Positions 61,901-64,000 of a stretch of DNA of 64,000 nucleotides are shown piece after piece; positions within the stretch are counted from its first letter, which is position 1, and the number at the start of each line of letters is the position of its first letter. This stretch comes from Tubiluchus corallicola. Its lineage: Eukaryota; Animalia; Priapulida. The notes under the pieces were generated by a model. That model saw nothing but the letters and a program-made list of their open reading frames with translations, did no database searches and had not been told where the DNA came from. The translations under genes and the position numbers were made by a program. The DNA lies in contig JAQGDQ010000123.1 of NCBI GenBank assembly GCA_030141605.1, positions 515,717 through 579,716 on the forward strand. The letters run 5' to 3'.

Positions 61901-63441
61901 TTACTGGACCAATACAAAACCAGGATGACAATTGGCGTCTAAAACCTGAGCGGTTTTCCAGTTGGTTACGACTGATTCGAGTACAAGCATGGGTACATCG
62001 TTTTCTAGAAAACTGTCGTGATTCCAAACTGCACAAGAAGTTTGGAGAATTAGAGCCAGACGAATTGCAAGACGTTGAGATAAGCATTGTACGAAACATG
62101 CAACGTGAAGCCTTTTCACTGGAATACAAATTACTCCAGAATAACCAACAGTTGCCGAAGAATAGCAATTTATTAAAGCTGCAACCTAGATTAGACGAGG
62201 ATGGAGTTATTCGCAGCGAAGGACGTCTCATTCACGCAGAATACTTATCGTACGATGCACGCCATCCGATCATTCTGCCTAAGAATAACTGGGTAACCAA
62301 GTTGATAATTGGACATCATCATGAAAAAGCTCATCATGCAATAGGGGTGAATCAGACTCTTGCTTCACTGTCAGCTCGATATTGGATAATCTCTGGCAGG
62401 GAAGAAATCAGAAAATTTGAGAAAGAATGTGCAAAATGCCGTAAGCAGAAAGCTCAATCTGCAACGCAAGTGATGGCACCAATTCCAGAGATCAGAGTGA
62501 AACTGCCTTTACGAGCTTTTGCTAGGACAGCAGTGGATTTTGCTGGACCGTTTATTACAGTTCAAGGAAGAGGAAAACGTCGACAGAAACGCTATCTTTG
62601 CCTCTTCACTTGTATGACATCGCGGGCAGTGCATTTAGAGATAGCCTTTGGCCTTGACACTGATTCGTTCTTAAACGCCTTCTATCGCATGGTCAATCGC
62701 AGAGGTTTGCCAACTGAGATGCTTTCTGACAACGGTTTAAACTTCGTAGGAGCGAACAATGAACTACAAAGTCTATTAGTGAAATTAGATGAAGAGAAGA
62801 TTCAACGGACATCTGCAAACCAAGGTATCAAGTGGCATTTTAACCCACCATTAGCACCACATTTTGGAGGAGCCTATGAAATAATGGTAAAAGCCTCAAA
62901 ACGAGCCATATTCGCTATTCTCGGAAACGCTGACGTCACGGATGAAGAACTCATGACAGCATTTACCGGAGCAGAAGCACTATTAAATTCGAGACCATTG
63001 ACGTACCAAACAGCAGATGAGAAAGATGACATTCCCTTGACGCCAAACCATTTTTTATTTGGGCAAGTTGGTGGACAATTCGCGCCCGAATCAGTGGATA
63101 ACACAGACTTTAATCCTAGAAAGCGTTGGAGGCGTGTCCAAGAATTAATACGTCATTTTTGGAAAAGATGGATGCGAGAGTGGCTTCCAGGACTCAACAG
63201 ACGCAGTAAATGGAATCGTGTGCAGAGAGACATTCAAGTAAACGACATCGTACTTGTTATATCTCCAAATACACCTAGAGGACAGTGGCCTATGGGACGC
63301 ATACTAGAAGTCTACCCTGGTAGCGACGGGCACACTCGAGTTGCAAAACTGAAGATTGGCAATAGTGAACTTACACGACCAATCACCAAACTCTGTCCAC
63401 TGGAGTTCATTGAGGAAGAAAAACCCGACAATCAAAAGTGA
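58960..63441 (+). CDS. BEL/Pao gag(C-terminal)-pol polyprotein; frame open from 58960, first ATG at 59131
   Basis: Triple knuckle CKVCNGPHGVWRC / CYRCLGSDHQGQTC / CGIDSCKYNHNRFLH; protease ALLDDAST; RT SDIAEMY, FGVNASPFLA, YMDD; RNase H LHTFVDASQEAY, SIPRLE, WCDS; integrase HH..CAKC, VDFAGP, SDNG, GGAYE; C-terminal WPMGRI...RPITKLCPL. Confidence 0.93.
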   Translation, partial: SITEKEKKIGLKPKPRSYFGTTGDNQEAAVSRSSQSQRLCKVCNGPHGVWRCDEFRKMSIPQRWDSAKRLNLCYRCLGSDHQGQTCPRSRVCGIDSCKYNHNRFLHSSKEVRENNSHLAATNKNYNNTVGSTPSSIKPVAEDGSSHRSRTSTIPPDKQNSAVTMTSGNPKIVEKIMLRTIPIIVKNGNRKLTINALLDDASTRSYINSDVAAELGLEGETQQINVSVLNGQTKVFETRPVTFNLQSVNGQLDMKFSALTAERVTGNLNVINWNECSHKWGHLKAIEFPKLGRRLIVDMLIGSDYTDLHYSYRDVRGKPGEPIARLTPLGWTCIGQPNDCDSYRVRTNFVHTYFSAEASEIRLDEMLQQFWQIDSAGTMPSCRILDIDAENALAKVEKSMKMTDGHYEVCIPWKDNSVELPSAKLSYEKALKRLQSTEKRLLKNPEVAKIYEDNIQQYVKKGFIRQVTSLEDQQCGRWFLPHFPIIRPDRETTKVRMVFDSSEECDGVSLNDVISPGPKLQRDLFDVLLRFRKNPVALVSDIAEMYLMIKIVPEDRVYHRFLWRNFENRQPDQYEFERVVFGVNASPFLAQFVTRKHAEKFQLQYPMATETVLYSTYMDDSMDSAIDDEQGIELYSQLSSLWEKAGMRARKWLSNSPVVLAEIPQEERASEINLDEGLLPSIKTLGVLWLAKEDVFTFKPKSIDIDNFLFTKRNILRKIATIFDPLGFLAAFLIRGKIIMQEMWTAGLGWDDELDENLQWKAKMWFTELIEMPEIHIPRCLVTEGGTDSCTLHTFVDASQEAYAAVSYLRCTYPDGTISCRLIAAKSRVAPLIAISIPRLEMMAAILGLRLTDHIAGALNMELKNAIFWCDSMNVLWWIRSRSRTLKPFIANRIGEIQSQTFPHQWRHVTSKENAADAVTRGKTANQLINDEKWWRGPKFLHKNEQEWPSKIIEFQQMDDAELRKPTKIRHVSNRETAETYITGPIQNQDDNWRLKPERFSSWLRLIRVQAWVHRFLENCRDSKLHKKFGELEPDELQDVEISIVRNMQREAFSLEYKLLQNNQQLPKNSNLLKLQPRLDEDGVIRSEGRLIHAEYLSYDARHPIILPKNNWVTKLIIGHHHEKAHHAIGVNQTLASLSARYWIISGREEIRKFEKECAKCRKQKAQSATQVMAPIPEIRVKLPLRAFARTAVDFAGPFITVQGRGKRRQKRYLCLFTCMTSRAVHLEIAFGLDTDSFLNAFYRMVNRRGLPTEMLSDNGLNFVGANNELQSLLVKLDEEKIQRTSANQGIKWHFNPPLAPHFGGAYEIMVKASKRAIFAILGNADVTDEELMTAFTGAEALLNSRPLTYQTADEKDDIPLTPNHFLFGQVGGQFAPESVDNTDFNPRKRWRRVQELIRHFWKRWMREWLPGLNRRSKWNRVQRDIQVNDIVLVISPNTPRGQWPMGRILEVYPGSDGHTRVAKLKIGNSELTRPITKLCPLEFIEEEKPDNQK

Positions 63442-64000
63442 AGTTTCTACAAACACTGCGGATGATCAGCACCACAGAAAATTATTACTATGATTTTGCG
63501 ATTATTCGTTTTCGTACTGCTTGCTAAAGTTTGCAAGAAATTTGTTTTTTGTAGTTAAACGTAAACGTCATGTAGCACAGAATGGAAAATTTTAATTACC
63601 GAATGTTAGAATAACTTGAAACTTGTAACTCAAAACTTAAAATTTAGCTTCCACTGCTATGTGTATTGATGGTTAAATGGAAAATTAAGTAGTTTAGTAG
63701 AACTAGTTACACTGTTGATTTTGACTAGATTAATAGATTTTGTTGATATGTTTTGTTAAAACTTATCAAAGAGGGGGGAAATGTTCGGAAGAATTCTCTC
63801 TGCTTGCCCTTTAATCTAAAGTTGTACTTATTTAGAATTGCCTGTGAAACTTGGCTTCGTTATATGCATTTAGTAGGTCAACCAATCAGAATTGAGCACG
63901 TTTTTTAGTCTACTCATTGGAAGCGAAGAAATCGCCATGTATTTGATTTGTTCTGTAATATTGAATTTAAAATAAAAGTTTTTGGGATTACTTCAAAACA
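58960..64000 (+). mobile_element. BEL/Pao LTR retrotransposon, 5'-truncated; 3' LTR starts at 63782 and runs off the window
   Basis: Domain order is Cys-His knuckles, PR, RT, RNase H, IN. Polypurine tract AAAGAGGGGGGAAA (63768-63781) is followed by TGTTCGG. No matching 5' LTR in the window. Confidence 0.93.

Overview
AT-rich animal (invertebrate-like) genomic DNA with GT-AG spliceosomal introns; nothing prokaryotic. Four protein-coding genes can be reconstructed by hand: (1) VPS29 on the minus strand, running off the left edge; (2) a complete 13-exon SEC14L2-like CRAL-TRIO/GOLD lipid-transfer gene on the plus strand (3918-20319, 394 aa), head-to-head with VPS29; (3) the last 10 coding exons of RAD54B on the minus strand (57445 to 23952), whose 5' exons were not found in the window; (4) a single-coding-exon 3936-aa protein with about 110 C2H2 zinc fingers (35763-47573, plus strand), nested antisense in a 19.5-kb RAD54B intron. 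The zinc-finger gene is the most unusual element. It has 77 contiguous fingers, 67 of them ordered as 19 ABC/ABCD modules with no Arg or Lys at the canonical base-contacting positions. No KRAB, ZAD, BTB or SET domain is recognisable, and the acidic C-terminal tail carries SUMO and CtBP-like motifs. A near-identical 1.3-kb copy of this gene's 3' end sits in another RAD54B intron, next to a decayed THAP-domain element and a promoter-like CpG-rich patch. The right end holds a 5'-truncated BEL/Pao LTR retrotransposon with an intact pol frame. Introns contain many MITEs, LINE and hAT remnants, a 30-bp minisatellite and microsatellites. A candidate 15-nt VPS29 microexon was also noticed. All coordinates, counts and alignments were done by eye; no database searches were run.
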